From: Bacteroidia bacterium
GTDB lineage: Bacteria > Bacteroidota > Bacteroidia > NS11-12g > UBA9320
DNA: 64,000 nucleotides
Direction of reading: 5' to 3'
Assembly (NCBI GenBank): GCA_965216465.1
Contig: CBDCFW010000005.1
Coordinates: 160,001-224,000 of the forward strand
In this document: positions 28,149 to 37,461 of the stretch, in pieces
How the letters are laid out: each line of letters begins with the position of its first letter
How positions within the stretch are numbered: the stretch's first letter is position 1
Made by a program: the position numbers and the translations under genes
Notes under the pieces: generated by a model
The model's input: the letters and a program-made list of their open reading frames with translations, nothing else
Database searches by the model: none
What the model was told of the DNA's origin: nothing

Positions 28149-29753
28149 ATGGCAACAACAAAACAAGCACGAACGAACTCAGGTCTGGCTACTTACACCG
28201 GATCATGGGGACGACCGGAAGCAATTCATTTGCTGAAACGAACCAACTTCGGAGCTCGAATCGCTGACGTCAATCAACTTTCCGGCATGACTATGTCAAA
28301 TGCCGTTGATATGGTGTTGAACATCGATTACACAGCCCCATCCCCACCAATTAATAACTACAACGGAAGCAATAATGATCCAAACGTTTTACCCGGAGAA
28401 ACTTGGGTAAATGACTTTAACGGACTATTAAACGGTTCACGAAGAGCTTCTTTCAAAAGATGGTGGGCTGGATTAATGATAAACCAAGACATTACAATCA
28501 AAGAAAAGATGACCTTGTTTTGGCACAATCATTTTGCAACTGAATCAGTTGTTTACGGCTGGGCTAATTATGCTTATCGTCAGAATGAATTATTCCGTTC
28601 TAACAGTGGAAAGAATTATAGAACACTGGTTAAAGACATTTCAATTGACCCTGCCATGTTGATTTATCTAAACGGTAATCGAAATACAAAGGCAGCTCCT
28701 GATGAGAACTATGCTAGAGAGCTTATGGAACTTTTCACGCTAGGAAAAGGACCAAATTCAAAGTATACTGAGCATGACGTAATTGAAGCAGCTAAGGTGT
28801 TAACTGGATTTAGAGTTAATAACACCAATGGCTCTGTATTCTTTGATGACAATCGTCATGATACCACAGATAAAACATTTTCAAGCTTCTTTAACAGTCA
28901 TACAATTACAGGTAAAACCGGGCAAGATGGACAGACTGAATTAGACGATCTTATCAATATGATCTTCCTTCAACCAGAAGTTTCGAAGCATATGGTGAGA
29001 AAGCTGTATAAATGGTTTGTGTATTATGAAATTGACGACGACACTGAATTGAACGTAATTAATCCCTTGTCAGCAATTTTCAGAAACAACAACTACGAGG
29101 TTAAGCCAGTACTAGAAGCCTTATTTAAGAGCGAACACTTTTATGATATGGCAAATAGAGGTGCATTAATTAAGAGCCCTGTAGATTTTTCTGTTGGCTT
29201 GTGCCGTAATTTCAATATTGAATTCCCACCATCTACTGACTACGTAAACCAGTACAATGCGTGGAATTTAATTTATTACTACGGAATGTCAATTCTTCAA
29301 CAGAACATTGGAGACCCTCCTAGTGTTGCCGGTTGGTCACCATATTATCAAGTTCCTCAGTTTCATGAGATCTGGATTAATTCAGATACACTTCCTTTCC
29401 GAAATATCTTAACCGATATTTTAGTTTCAAATGGATACCGTGTTGGGACCTACAGACTGAAAATTGACACCCTAGAACTTGGTAAAACTATTGGGAACAG
29501 CACAACCCGTATAGCAGATGATTTAATTGACTATATGCTCGAGTTTATGCACACGCTAGAAGTTAGCAGTGCTCAGAAAGAATTTATGAAGAGTATACTA
29601 CTTGGTGGAAATGTAGACGATAGTTATTGGACCAATGCATGGGACGATTACTACACGGATCAAAATGACACCGAAAAACAATCGGTCGTGAGTTCAAGGC
29701 TCGCTTTCCTAGTTAAATATTTAATGAACTTAAGCGAATTCCAATTATCGTAA
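28149..29753 (+). CDS. DUF1800-family protein
   Basis: HLLKRTNFG, EKMTLFWHNHFAT, PAMLIYL, PDENYARELMELFTLG, PPSVAGW, EFQL. Start at ATG 28149 (alternative 28122). Confidence 0.93.
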   Translation: MATTKQARTNSGLATYTGSWGRPEAIHLLKRTNFGARIADVNQLSGMTMSNAVDMVLNIDYTAPSPPINNYNGSNNDPNVLPGETWVNDFNGLLNGSRRASFKRWWAGLMINQDITIKEKMTLFWHNHFATESVVYGWANYAYRQNELFRSNSGKNYRTLVKDISIDPAMLIYLNGNRNTKAAPDENYARELMELFTLGKGPNSKYTEHDVIEAAKVLTGFRVNNTNGSVFFDDNRHDTTDKTFSSFFNSHTITGKTGQDGQTELDDLINMIFLQPEVSKHMVRKLYKWFVYYEIDDDTELNVINPLSAIFRNNNYEVKPVLEALFKSEHFYDMANRGALIKSPVDFSVGLCRNFNIEFPPSTDYVNQYNAWNLIYYYGMSILQQNIGDPPSVAGWSPYYQVPQFHEIWINSDTLPFRNILTDILVSNGYRVGTYRLKIDTLELGKTIGNSTTRIADDLIDYMLEFMHTLEVSSAQKEFMKSILLGGNVDDSYWTNAWDDYYTDQNDTEKQSVVSSRLAFLVKYLMNLSEFQLS

Positions 29754-29764
29754 AATAATACACC

Positions 29765-31345
29765 ATGAAAAGAAGAGATTTTTTAAAACGAGTTGCTCCA
29801 ATGTCTTTACTGCCTTTTGCAGTAAACGGACAACCTATTAGAGCATATGGAAAGTTGATGGGTGCTAATTCTGAAGATTTCACGGAAACTGATAATGTCT
29901 TGGTACTTGTTCAATTAAATGGTGGGAACGATGGTTTGAATACGCTTATCCCACTTGACCAATACGCAAACTTATCTACGGCACGACCTGATGTTTTGAT
30001 ACCTGAGAATAAAGTACTTTCTCTTGATGGAATTGATAATACAGGACTACATCCTGCCATGAATAAGATGCGTGATATGTATAACGACGGTAAGGTACGA
30101 GCCATACAATCGGTTGGTTACCCAAGTCAAAACTATTCACACTTCCGCTCAACCGATATTTGGTTGACTGGATCTGATTCAGACGAAGTTGTTGAAAGTG
30201 GTTGGTTAGGAAGATACCTTTCAGAAGAATGGCCAAACTACCCTAACGGTTTCCCAAATGACGACATGGAAGATCCGCTAGCCATCCAGATTGGATCGGT
30301 TGTATCGCCTGTTTGTCAGGGACTTGCAGTGAACATGGGCTTTGCTGTATCAAATCCAACAAACTTCTATCAGTTGCTTACAGGTAACTATGGTCCTACC
30401 CCAAACACTTGGGCTGGCAAAGAGTTAGACTATATTAGAACAGTTGCTCATCAGAGTAATGAGTATTCGCAACGCGTTAAAGCAGCCGCAGAAAGTGCTT
30501 CTAATTTAGCAACCTATCCTGACGGTAACAGGTTAGCCAACCAACTTAAAATTGTAGCTCAGTTAATTGCTGGTGGACTGAAAACACGTGTTTACATCGT
30601 ATCACAAGGTGGATTCGACACACATGCTAATCAGGTTGATGCTACTGGTGGTAATGAAACGGGATCACACGCATTTTTACTTCAAACCGTATCGGATGCA
30701 ATTGCTGCTTTCCAAGATGATATTGAACAACTTGGCGTTGATGATAGAGTTTTAGGCATGACTTTCAGTGAATTTGGAAGAAGAATTGTTGGAAACGGTA
30801 GTACGGGTACTGACCACGGTGCTGCAGCTCCATTGTTTATGTTTGGATCTAAGGTAAAAGGTGGCGTAACTGGTGATAACCCAGATATACCAGCCAATGC
30901 TACGGTACAAAATAACCTGGCCATGCAAACGGACTTTAGATCTATTTACTCGACGATTTTACAAGATTGGTTCTGCCTAGATGAAGCTACATCAGACAGT
31001 GTCTTACTAAAAGACTTTGAGAAAATGGATTTGCTTGAAGGAGCATGCTCTACAACCTCAATAACTAGAGATAAACGAGCTAGAGCTGGAGATTCTTATA
31101 TTTCAAACTATCCTAACCCATTTGGAGCAAGCACCAATGTTTCATTCTATTCAAACGGAGGTCTTGTGACTATTGATGTTATCAATATTGAAGGTCAGAT
31201 AGTTTCGACACTTGTCAGTGCAGAAATACCGAAAGGAACTCATGAAATATCATTTGATGCCTCTGGCTTACCTTCAGGAACTTATTACTGTAGATATCAA
31301 AATGGATATATCCAACAGACAAGAAGTTTACTTAAAGTGAGGTAA
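29765..31345 (+). CDS. DUF1501-family protein with twin-arginine motif and T9SS type A sorting domain
   Basis: MKRRDFLK; QLNGGNDGLN, SHFRS, GGFDTH, FSEFGR, GTDHG, DFRSIY; C-terminal YPNP...LPSGTYY. Confidence 0.92.
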   Translation: MKRRDFLKRVAPMSLLPFAVNGQPIRAYGKLMGANSEDFTETDNVLVLVQLNGGNDGLNTLIPLDQYANLSTARPDVLIPENKVLSLDGIDNTGLHPAMNKMRDMYNDGKVRAIQSVGYPSQNYSHFRSTDIWLTGSDSDEVVESGWLGRYLSEEWPNYPNGFPNDDMEDPLAIQIGSVVSPVCQGLAVNMGFAVSNPTNFYQLLTGNYGPTPNTWAGKELDYIRTVAHQSNEYSQRVKAAAESASNLATYPDGNRLANQLKIVAQLIAGGLKTRVYIVSQGGFDTHANQVDATGGNETGSHAFLLQTVSDAIAAFQDDIEQLGVDDRVLGMTFSEFGRRIVGNGSTGTDHGAAAPLFMFGSKVKGGVTGDNPDIPANATVQNNLAMQTDFRSIYSTILQDWFCLDEATSDSVLLKDFEKMDLLEGACSTTSITRDKRARAGDSYISNYPNPFGASTNVSFYSNGGLVTIDVINIEGQIVSTLVSAEIPKGTHEISFDASGLPSGTYYCRYQNGYIQQTRSLLKVR

Positions 31346-31360
31346 ATGGATAAAATCTAG

Positions 31361-31398
31361 AAAAGGGCTGCCTGTTGCAAAATGGGCAGCTTTTTTAT
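31361..31398. terminator. Probable bidirectional terminator
   Basis: AAAAGGGCTGCCTGTT...AATGGGCAGCTTTTTT between convergent genes. Confidence 0.65.
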
Positions 31399-31940
31399 TT
31401 GAATGGAGTTTCAAAGCTGGCAAAAGGCTCAGCGTGTTCATCTTTTTCTGAGAGCACCGGAGACACATTTCCCCAATCTATTTCTAACTGTGGCGAATTC
31501 CATAGAATTGCCCCTTCCGATTCGTGATTGTAGTAATTGGTACACTTGTAGGCAAAGATCGTATCGTCTTCTAGCGTCATAAAGCCATGAGCAAATCCGG
31601 GAGGAATCCAAAACATGGTCTTGTTGTCTTCATTCAGCTCAATTTTAAAGTGCTTTCCGTAAGTTGGTGAATTTGCTCTTATATCAACAGCAATATCAAG
31701 CACAGCCCCTTTAATAACCTGAACCAGTTTCCCTTGTTCAAATGGAGGTTTTTGAAAGTGAAGCCCTCTAAGAATCCCTTTCTTACTTTTTGACTGATTG
31801 TCTTGAACAAAGTCGTATCGAATACCATTGCTTTCAAGCAGGTCTTTGCGAAAACTTTCAAAAAAATATCCTCTATGATCACCAAAAACTTTAGGTTCAA
31901 GGATGAGCAAGTCTTTTATAAATGTTTCTTTAATTGTCAA
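31395..31940 (-). CDS. rfbC: dTDP-4-dehydrorhamnose 3,5-epimerase
   Basis: FGDHRGYFFESF, FVQDN, LRGLHFQ, VDIR-x-x-SPTYG, PPGFAHGF, LSEKD. TTG start at 31940 assumed (track start 31952). Confidence 0.95.
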   Translation of the reverse strand: MTIKETFIKDLLILEPKVFGDHRGYFFESFRKDLLESNGIRYDFVQDNQSKSKKGILRGLHFQKPPFEQGKLVQVIKGAVLDIAVDIRANSPTYGKHFKIELNEDNKTMFWIPPGFAHGFMTLEDDTIFAYKCTNYYNHESEGAILWNSPQLEIDWGNVSPVLSEKDEHAEPFASFETPFK

Positions 31941-32052
31941 AACGAATTGCAATTGTATGAAAACTTCCTAAGTTGTGAAAAATAACTTGATATCTCGGGC
32001 CAATAAACCGTTTAATTCTACTTAATTTGAAACCCCTTTTTTACTAAACCAG

Positions 32053-34329
32053 ATGAGTGAACCAGAATACTTAAAGTCGCTAAATCCAGAGCAAAAAGCA
32101 GCTGTATTACAGACTGAAGGCCCCGTGATGATTATTGCAGGTGCTGGATCGGGCAAAACGCGTGTGCTTACATACCGTATAGCCCACTTAATTGCAACGG
32201 GAGTAGACCCATTTAACATTCTGTCTTTAACTTTTACCAACAAAGCCGCTCGTGAAATGCGCGAAAGAATTGAGACGGTCGTTGGGCCAGAAGCACGAAA
32301 TATCTGGATGGGAACTTTTCACTCTGTATTCGCTAAGATATTAAGATTCGAGGCTGATAAACTTGGGTACCCGAGCAACTTTACGATTTATGATTCTGAC
32401 GACAGCAAAAGTCTCATAAAGGCTATTGTGAAAGAAATGAATCTTGACGATAAGATTTATAAACCAAATTATGTTCTTGCACGAATAAGCAATGCCAAGA
32501 ACAATTTGATTCAGGCTCATGTGTACCAAAACTCATCAGAATTAGTAACATATGACGAGGTTTCAGGACGAGGAAAAATTCACGCCATTTATTCAGAATA
32601 TGCAAAGCGTTGTTTTAAATCTGGTGCGATGGACTTCGACGATTTGTTGTTGAACACATTCAAGTTACTGAATAATTTTCCTGATGTTCTGCACAAATAT
32701 CAACACAAATTCAAATATGTTATGGTTGATGAGTACCAAGACACCAACCATTGTCAATACATGATTATCAAGAAGTTAGCAAGTGTATTTGAGAACATTT
32801 GTGTGGTAGGTGATGATGCTCAAAGTATTTACTCTTTTAGAGGTGCGACAATTAAGAATATTCTAAATTTTGAGAACGACTATCCCGACTTGAAGGTGTT
32901 CAAACTTGAACAAAATTACCGCTCGTCGGAGACCATAGTGAACGCGGCAAATTCGGTGATAGCAAAAAACAAAGATCAACTTGAGAAAAAAGTTTGGACT
33001 GACAATCAGCTTGGAAATAAAATTACCGTGTTGCGTGCGGTGACCGACAATGAAGAAGGCAAGTTTGTAGCTCAGAGCATTTTCGAAACCAAAATGAATG
33101 AGCAAAAGAGGAACAGCGACTTTGCTATTTTGTATCGAACCAATTCTCAATCTAGAAGTTTAGAGGAAGCTCTGCGTAAGCTTAATGTTCCGTATCGAAT
33201 TTACGGTGGTATGAGCTTTTATCAACGAAAAGAAGTAAAAGATCTCCTAGCTTATCTTCGATTGGTTATTAACCATAATGATGAAGAGGCTTTGAAACGC
33301 GTAATAAACTACCCTGCTCGAGGCATAGGAAAAACGTCGATGCAAAGGGTGATAATTCAAGCCAAAGAAACTGACCAATCGCTGTGGGAAGTGATTTCAC
33401 AAGCTCATCGATACCCAGAGCTTAAAACCAGTATTCCAAAGTTTCGAGACTTTGTGAACATGATTAAAAGCTTTGTCATATTACAGGAAACACAAAACGC
33501 ATACGATATTTCGATGCACATAGCCAGAAGCACAAATTTGCTTAAGGTGCTGAACGAAGACAAAACCATCGAAGGCATTAACAAATACGAGAACATCGTT
33601 GAGCTCTTAAACGGTATCAAAGAGTTTGTTGAAGACGACACAAATGAAAGTGAAAAAGACCTTGGATCTTATCTTCAAGACATTGCTCTCTTAACCAATT
33701 TAGATACCCAAGATGATGACGATGATAAAGTTTCATTGATGACCATTCACCAATCAAAAGGACTGGAATTTAAGAATGTTTATGTCGCAGGATTGGAAGA
33801 AAATCTATTCCCTTCACAAATGTCGTTGAGTAACAGAACAGACCTCGAAGAGGAAAGAAGACTGTTTTACGTTGCTATTACGCGTGCCGAACAAGCACTA
33901 ACGCTTTCTTTTGCAACTTCAAGGTTTCGCTTTGGAACCCTGCTCCCTTCAGAACCGAGTAGATTTATTGACGAGATAGACAGTCAATATCTACAAATGG
34001 ACAGAAGAATGGTAAAGCAAGCACCTCCTACCGGTGCCTTAAGCCCTAAAGGTAAAAACCCGTATCTAGCACCAAAATCAAGCGGTTTACGCAAAACCAT
34101 TGCCAAACAAAACCAACCACGCATGGTTCGTCCACCAGTAATCTCAGACTTTGAGCCAGACGATATGAGCGACATCTCTGAAGGTATGAAGGTTGAACAT
34201 CAACGATTTGGACAAGGCCAGGTGGTAAAGCTTGAAGGCAGAGATGCCCCTGAAAAAGCAACCATTAATTTCACAGAATATGGCGAAAAAACATTGGTTC
34301 TCAAGTTCGCTAAGCTTCGAAAGATCTAG
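32053..34329 (+). CDS. pcrA: UvrD/PcrA SF1 DNA helicase
   Basis: AGAGSGKT, VDEYQDTN, VGDDAQSIY, QNYRS, TIHQSKGLEF, EERRLFYVAITRA, C-terminal Tudor-like HQRFGQG domain. Confidence 0.95.
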   Translation: MSEPEYLKSLNPEQKAAVLQTEGPVMIIAGAGSGKTRVLTYRIAHLIATGVDPFNILSLTFTNKAAREMRERIETVVGPEARNIWMGTFHSVFAKILRFEADKLGYPSNFTIYDSDDSKSLIKAIVKEMNLDDKIYKPNYVLARISNAKNNLIQAHVYQNSSELVTYDEVSGRGKIHAIYSEYAKRCFKSGAMDFDDLLLNTFKLLNNFPDVLHKYQHKFKYVMVDEYQDTNHCQYMIIKKLASVFENICVVGDDAQSIYSFRGATIKNILNFENDYPDLKVFKLEQNYRSSETIVNAANSVIAKNKDQLEKKVWTDNQLGNKITVLRAVTDNEEGKFVAQSIFETKMNEQKRNSDFAILYRTNSQSRSLEEALRKLNVPYRIYGGMSFYQRKEVKDLLAYLRLVINHNDEEALKRVINYPARGIGKTSMQRVIIQAKETDQSLWEVISQAHRYPELKTSIPKFRDFVNMIKSFVILQETQNAYDISMHIARSTNLLKVLNEDKTIEGINKYENIVELLNGIKEFVEDDTNESEKDLGSYLQDIALLTNLDTQDDDDDKVSLMTIHQSKGLEFKNVYVAGLEENLFPSQMSLSNRTDLEEERRLFYVAITRAEQALTLSFATSRFRFGTLLPSEPSRFIDEIDSQYLQMDRRMVKQAPPTGALSPKGKNPYLAPKSSGLRKTIAKQNQPRMVRPPVISDFEPDDMSDISEGMKVEHQRFGQGQVVKLEGRDAPEKATINFTEYGEKTLVLKFAKLRKI

Positions 34330-34386
34330 TGCATAACTGGTGATTATCTGTTTAGTAATACTTGCATTTATTGGATTTTTTTTGTA

Positions 34387-34394
34387 TACTTTTG
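34387..34394 (+). promoter_or_regulatory. -7 promoter box
   Basis: TACTTTTG, 21 nt before ATG 34416. Confidence 0.6.
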
Positions 34395-34415
34395 CACTAC
34401 TAATCAAACTATTAC

Positions 34416-36326
34416 ATGTTTAACCGAATCAAAAAGGTTGCGCACAACAATACCCCCAGGTGGGTTGTGCTGACAATCGATTTACTCTTAGCCACGCTAT
34501 CCTTCTCGATATCTTGTATCATTATTGAGGAGTTTCATAACGGCAATTTCAATGCCTCATCAATCCTCTACCCTATGGCAGTTGTATTGTTGTTCAGGCT
34601 TAAATCATTCCTAATAACAAGGTCGTACACCGGAATTATCAGGTTTACGAGTACACAAGATGCGGTTCGAATATTTTTTGCTGTAATGATTAGTACCATT
34701 GGGATCTTCATTGTTGAAGGGCTCTATTATTATTCGCTCAGCCAACATTTGTTAAAACCTTCGATAATTATTATTGATGCATTTGTTCTCATTTTCTTAA
34801 TGTCTGCATTTCGACTTGGGTTTAAAATGTTATACAATCGTTATGCTCCAGTGCATACCATATCAAAGAAACAACTTATCATATATGGAGCTGGTGAAGC
34901 GGGAATCTTGGTTAAGCGTTCTTTAGAAGGCGACCTGAAGCAAAAATCAAAGGTTGTTGCCTTTTTAGATGACAACGTAAAGCTGCAAGGAAAGTCGGTT
35001 GAGGGTGTTAAGATATACTCGCCAGAGATTGATTTTGACAATTTGTTGCTAGAAAATGATGACATTGAGCTAATTATCGCAATTCAAAACATATCATCAA
35101 TTCGTAAGAAACTGATAATTGAAAAATGCCTGCAATACAACATAAGCGTTAAGGTAATTCCACCAGTTAAGGCTTGGATAGATGGAGAATTTAACGTTAA
35201 AAGCATCAAGAAAGTTCGTATTGAAGACCTTCTTGAAAGAGAGCCCATTAAACTAAGTAAAGCAAAGATTAGTAAAGAGCTAGAAGATCAAGTTATTTTG
35301 GTTTCAGGAGCTGCCGGATCTATTGGAAGCGAAATAGCACGTCAGTGTATGTCATTTAATCCTAAGAAGCTGGTACTACTCGACCAGGCTGAAACTCCTT
35401 TGTATGAGCTTGAAAACGAGTTTAAAGATGCTGATAACGTCGAAGTGGTGATGGCAGATGTTTGTAATACCGCTAGAATGCGTAGAGTTTATGACCACTT
35501 TAAACCTTCTTTTGTATTTCATGCTGCAGCATACAAACATGTTCCTCTAATGGAAGACAACCCATATGAGGCTATTAACACCAATGTATTCGGAACGCAA
35601 AATGTTGCGAATTTGGCTGTTGAATTCAAGGTGAAGAAGTTCGTATTAGTAAGTACAGATAAAGCTGTGAACCCAACAAATATTATGGGAGCTTCAAAAC
35701 GAATTGCTGAAATCTACGTACAATCACTTAACGCCAAGTTAAGACTAGAATCTGACGTACACACCAAGTTTGTCACTACCCGATTTGGTAATGTATTGGG
35801 AAGCAATGGTTCTGTGATTCCACTTTTCAAAAAGCAAATCGAGAATGGTGGGCCGGTTACAGTTACTCATCCTGAAATAACTCGATTCTTTATGACCATC
35901 CCTGAGGCATGTCAGCTTGTACTTGAAGCTGGAGTGATGGGCCAAGGTGGAGAGATTTACATCTTTGATATGGGTGAGTCGGTTAAAATTGTTGATCTTG
36001 CTCGTAAGATGATAAAACTTTCAGGTTTTGAAGAGGGTAAAGACATCCGAATCAAATTTACTGGGCTTCGTCCTGGAGAAAAACTGAAAGAAGAATTACT
36101 GAACGACCGCGAAAACACCATAGGAACTCACAACCCTAAGATTATGGTTGCTAAAGTACCTGAGTACAATTACCTCGAGGTTAACAACACTATAACCGAG
36201 CTATACAAGCAGAAAGATCACTTAAAGAACCGATCGCTTGTTCAGACCATGAAGAAAATTGTGCCTGAATACATCAGCAATAATTCGATTTACGAAGAAC
36301 TTGATAAGAAGCTGATTGATTCTTAA
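34416..36326 (+). CDS. Membrane-bound nucleotide-sugar 4,6-dehydratase (CapD/WbpM/PglF family)
   Basis: Four TM helices, IYGAGEAG, GAAGSIGSE, HAAAYKHVP, STDKAVNP, RFGNVLGS, GLRPGEKL. Confidence 0.94.
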   Translation: MFNRIKKVAHNNTPRWVVLTIDLLLATLSFSISCIIIEEFHNGNFNASSILYPMAVVLLFRLKSFLITRSYTGIIRFTSTQDAVRIFFAVMISTIGIFIVEGLYYYSLSQHLLKPSIIIIDAFVLIFLMSAFRLGFKMLYNRYAPVHTISKKQLIIYGAGEAGILVKRSLEGDLKQKSKVVAFLDDNVKLQGKSVEGVKIYSPEIDFDNLLLENDDIELIIAIQNISSIRKKLIIEKCLQYNISVKVIPPVKAWIDGEFNVKSIKKVRIEDLLEREPIKLSKAKISKELEDQVILVSGAAGSIGSEIARQCMSFNPKKLVLLDQAETPLYELENEFKDADNVEVVMADVCNTARMRRVYDHFKPSFVFHAAAYKHVPLMEDNPYEAINTNVFGTQNVANLAVEFKVKKFVLVSTDKAVNPTNIMGASKRIAEIYVQSLNAKLRLESDVHTKFVTTRFGNVLGSNGSVIPLFKKQIENGGPVTVTHPEITRFFMTIPEACQLVLEAGVMGQGGEIYIFDMGESVKIVDLARKMIKLSGFEEGKDIRIKFTGLRPGEKLKEELLNDRENTIGTHNPKIMVAKVPEYNYLEVNNTITELYKQKDHLKNRSLVQTMKKIVPEYISNNSIYEELDKKLIDS

Positions 36327-36793
36327 TGTGATTTCATAGGTATCCAGAAAGTAGTATCCTGAACAATTTCTAAGTTTTTACCTAATTGACTGATTTCAAT
36401 TGGTGGCATTCCCTTTTCGTAGCATAAATAAAAGGTATCTCCTACCCCATTTAAGTACATGAAACTTGTTGATGGGAGGTCGCTGTAGCCTGTCATATAT
36501 TCTTGCTCATAATCAGACCACTGCATATTGTCTGTTTGCTCTATTAATACATTCAGGTCATCACCACTCAGGCTGCCACTAAAAATGCCTTCAATTGGCA
36601 AGAAACGCTTTGCGTTTAATTCAACTTTACCGTTTGATTCTATTCTAAGGGTGTAAATTGGACAACTGCCATAGCAGCCAGACTTATCCATAACAATAGC
36701 CCACGAGTTGTAAGCCTCTTGTTGTGGTTGATTTTTTTTAGAACAAGAAAACGAGACGATTAGCAACAACGATATGAAGCCAAATCGTATCAT
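36323..36793 (-). CDS. Lipoprotein, DUF6438-like
   Basis: Lipobox SFSC; GCYGSCPIY motif and DLPS. Confidence 0.7.
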   Translation of the reverse strand: MIRFGFISLLLIVSFSCSKKNQPQQEAYNSWAIVMDKSGCYGSCPIYTLRIESNGKVELNAKRFLPIEGIFSGSLSGDDLNVLIEQTDNMQWSDYEQEYMTGYSDLPSTSFMYLNGVGDTFYLCYEKGMPPIEISQLGKNLEIVQDTTFWIPMKSH

Positions 36794-37449
36794 TACCTTA
36801 GATCAATTTCAATTACGCCTGGTTTGTCTTTTGCGTTGAACTTAAAGTACGATTCGCTAATCGCTACATTGGGTTCAAACTTGGTAATAACGTAGGTTGT
36901 TACGATACCATTTTTGCTGTAAACAGACATCTCTTTAACTTTATTCGCAAGCTTATCTATACCAAGCTTAACCTTAAAGTATCCTTTATTTTTGTCTGTT
37001 GGTGTGAGTTCGATAACATCAAGGGTTTTAGTACCATTTGATACCTGCCCTGCATACTTATGCAAAAACCCTTTTTCATAGATTGTAAAAATTTCAGAAG
37101 GATTAATGTCCATTGTTTTAGCATCAAACTTTGAAATTTGCACTTCATTGGCATCCTTTAGGTAAGTCCAGATTGTTTTTCCATCGCAAAAAATTTCCTG
37201 GCCTGACATATTTACTCTAAATTTCTTTCCTTTTTGATAAAGTGTACCTGTTTGCTTTACGCTTGTGTTTGTTTGCTTGTTTTTAATGCTAACTGAAAAC
37301 GAAGCTTTAATAGACTTGTAAGTCTTATATGTCTTGCTGAGCTTATTTAGTATTTGACTGCTTTGATTATCAGCAGACTCAGAAGACGAGCTAATCGGAT
37401 TAATGATTAAAAGACTTAAAATGCTTAATAGTACAAGTGATTTCTTCAT
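36793..37449 (-). CDS. lolA: Outer-membrane lipoprotein carrier LolA
   Basis: GKKFRV, DGKTIWTY-x-x-x-x-NEV, C-terminal FKF...IDLR; follows ftsK. Confidence 0.88.
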   Translation of the reverse strand: MKKSLVLLSILSLLIINPISSSSESADNQSSQILNKLSKTYKTYKSIKASFSVSIKNKQTNTSVKQTGTLYQKGKKFRVNMSGQEIFCDGKTIWTYLKDANEVQISKFDAKTMDINPSEIFTIYEKGFLHKYAGQVSNGTKTLDVIELTPTDKNKGYFKVKLGIDKLANKVKEMSVYSKNGIVTTYVITKFEPNVAISESYFKFNAKDKPGVIEIDLR

Positions 37450-37461
37450 GTGTTCAAATTT

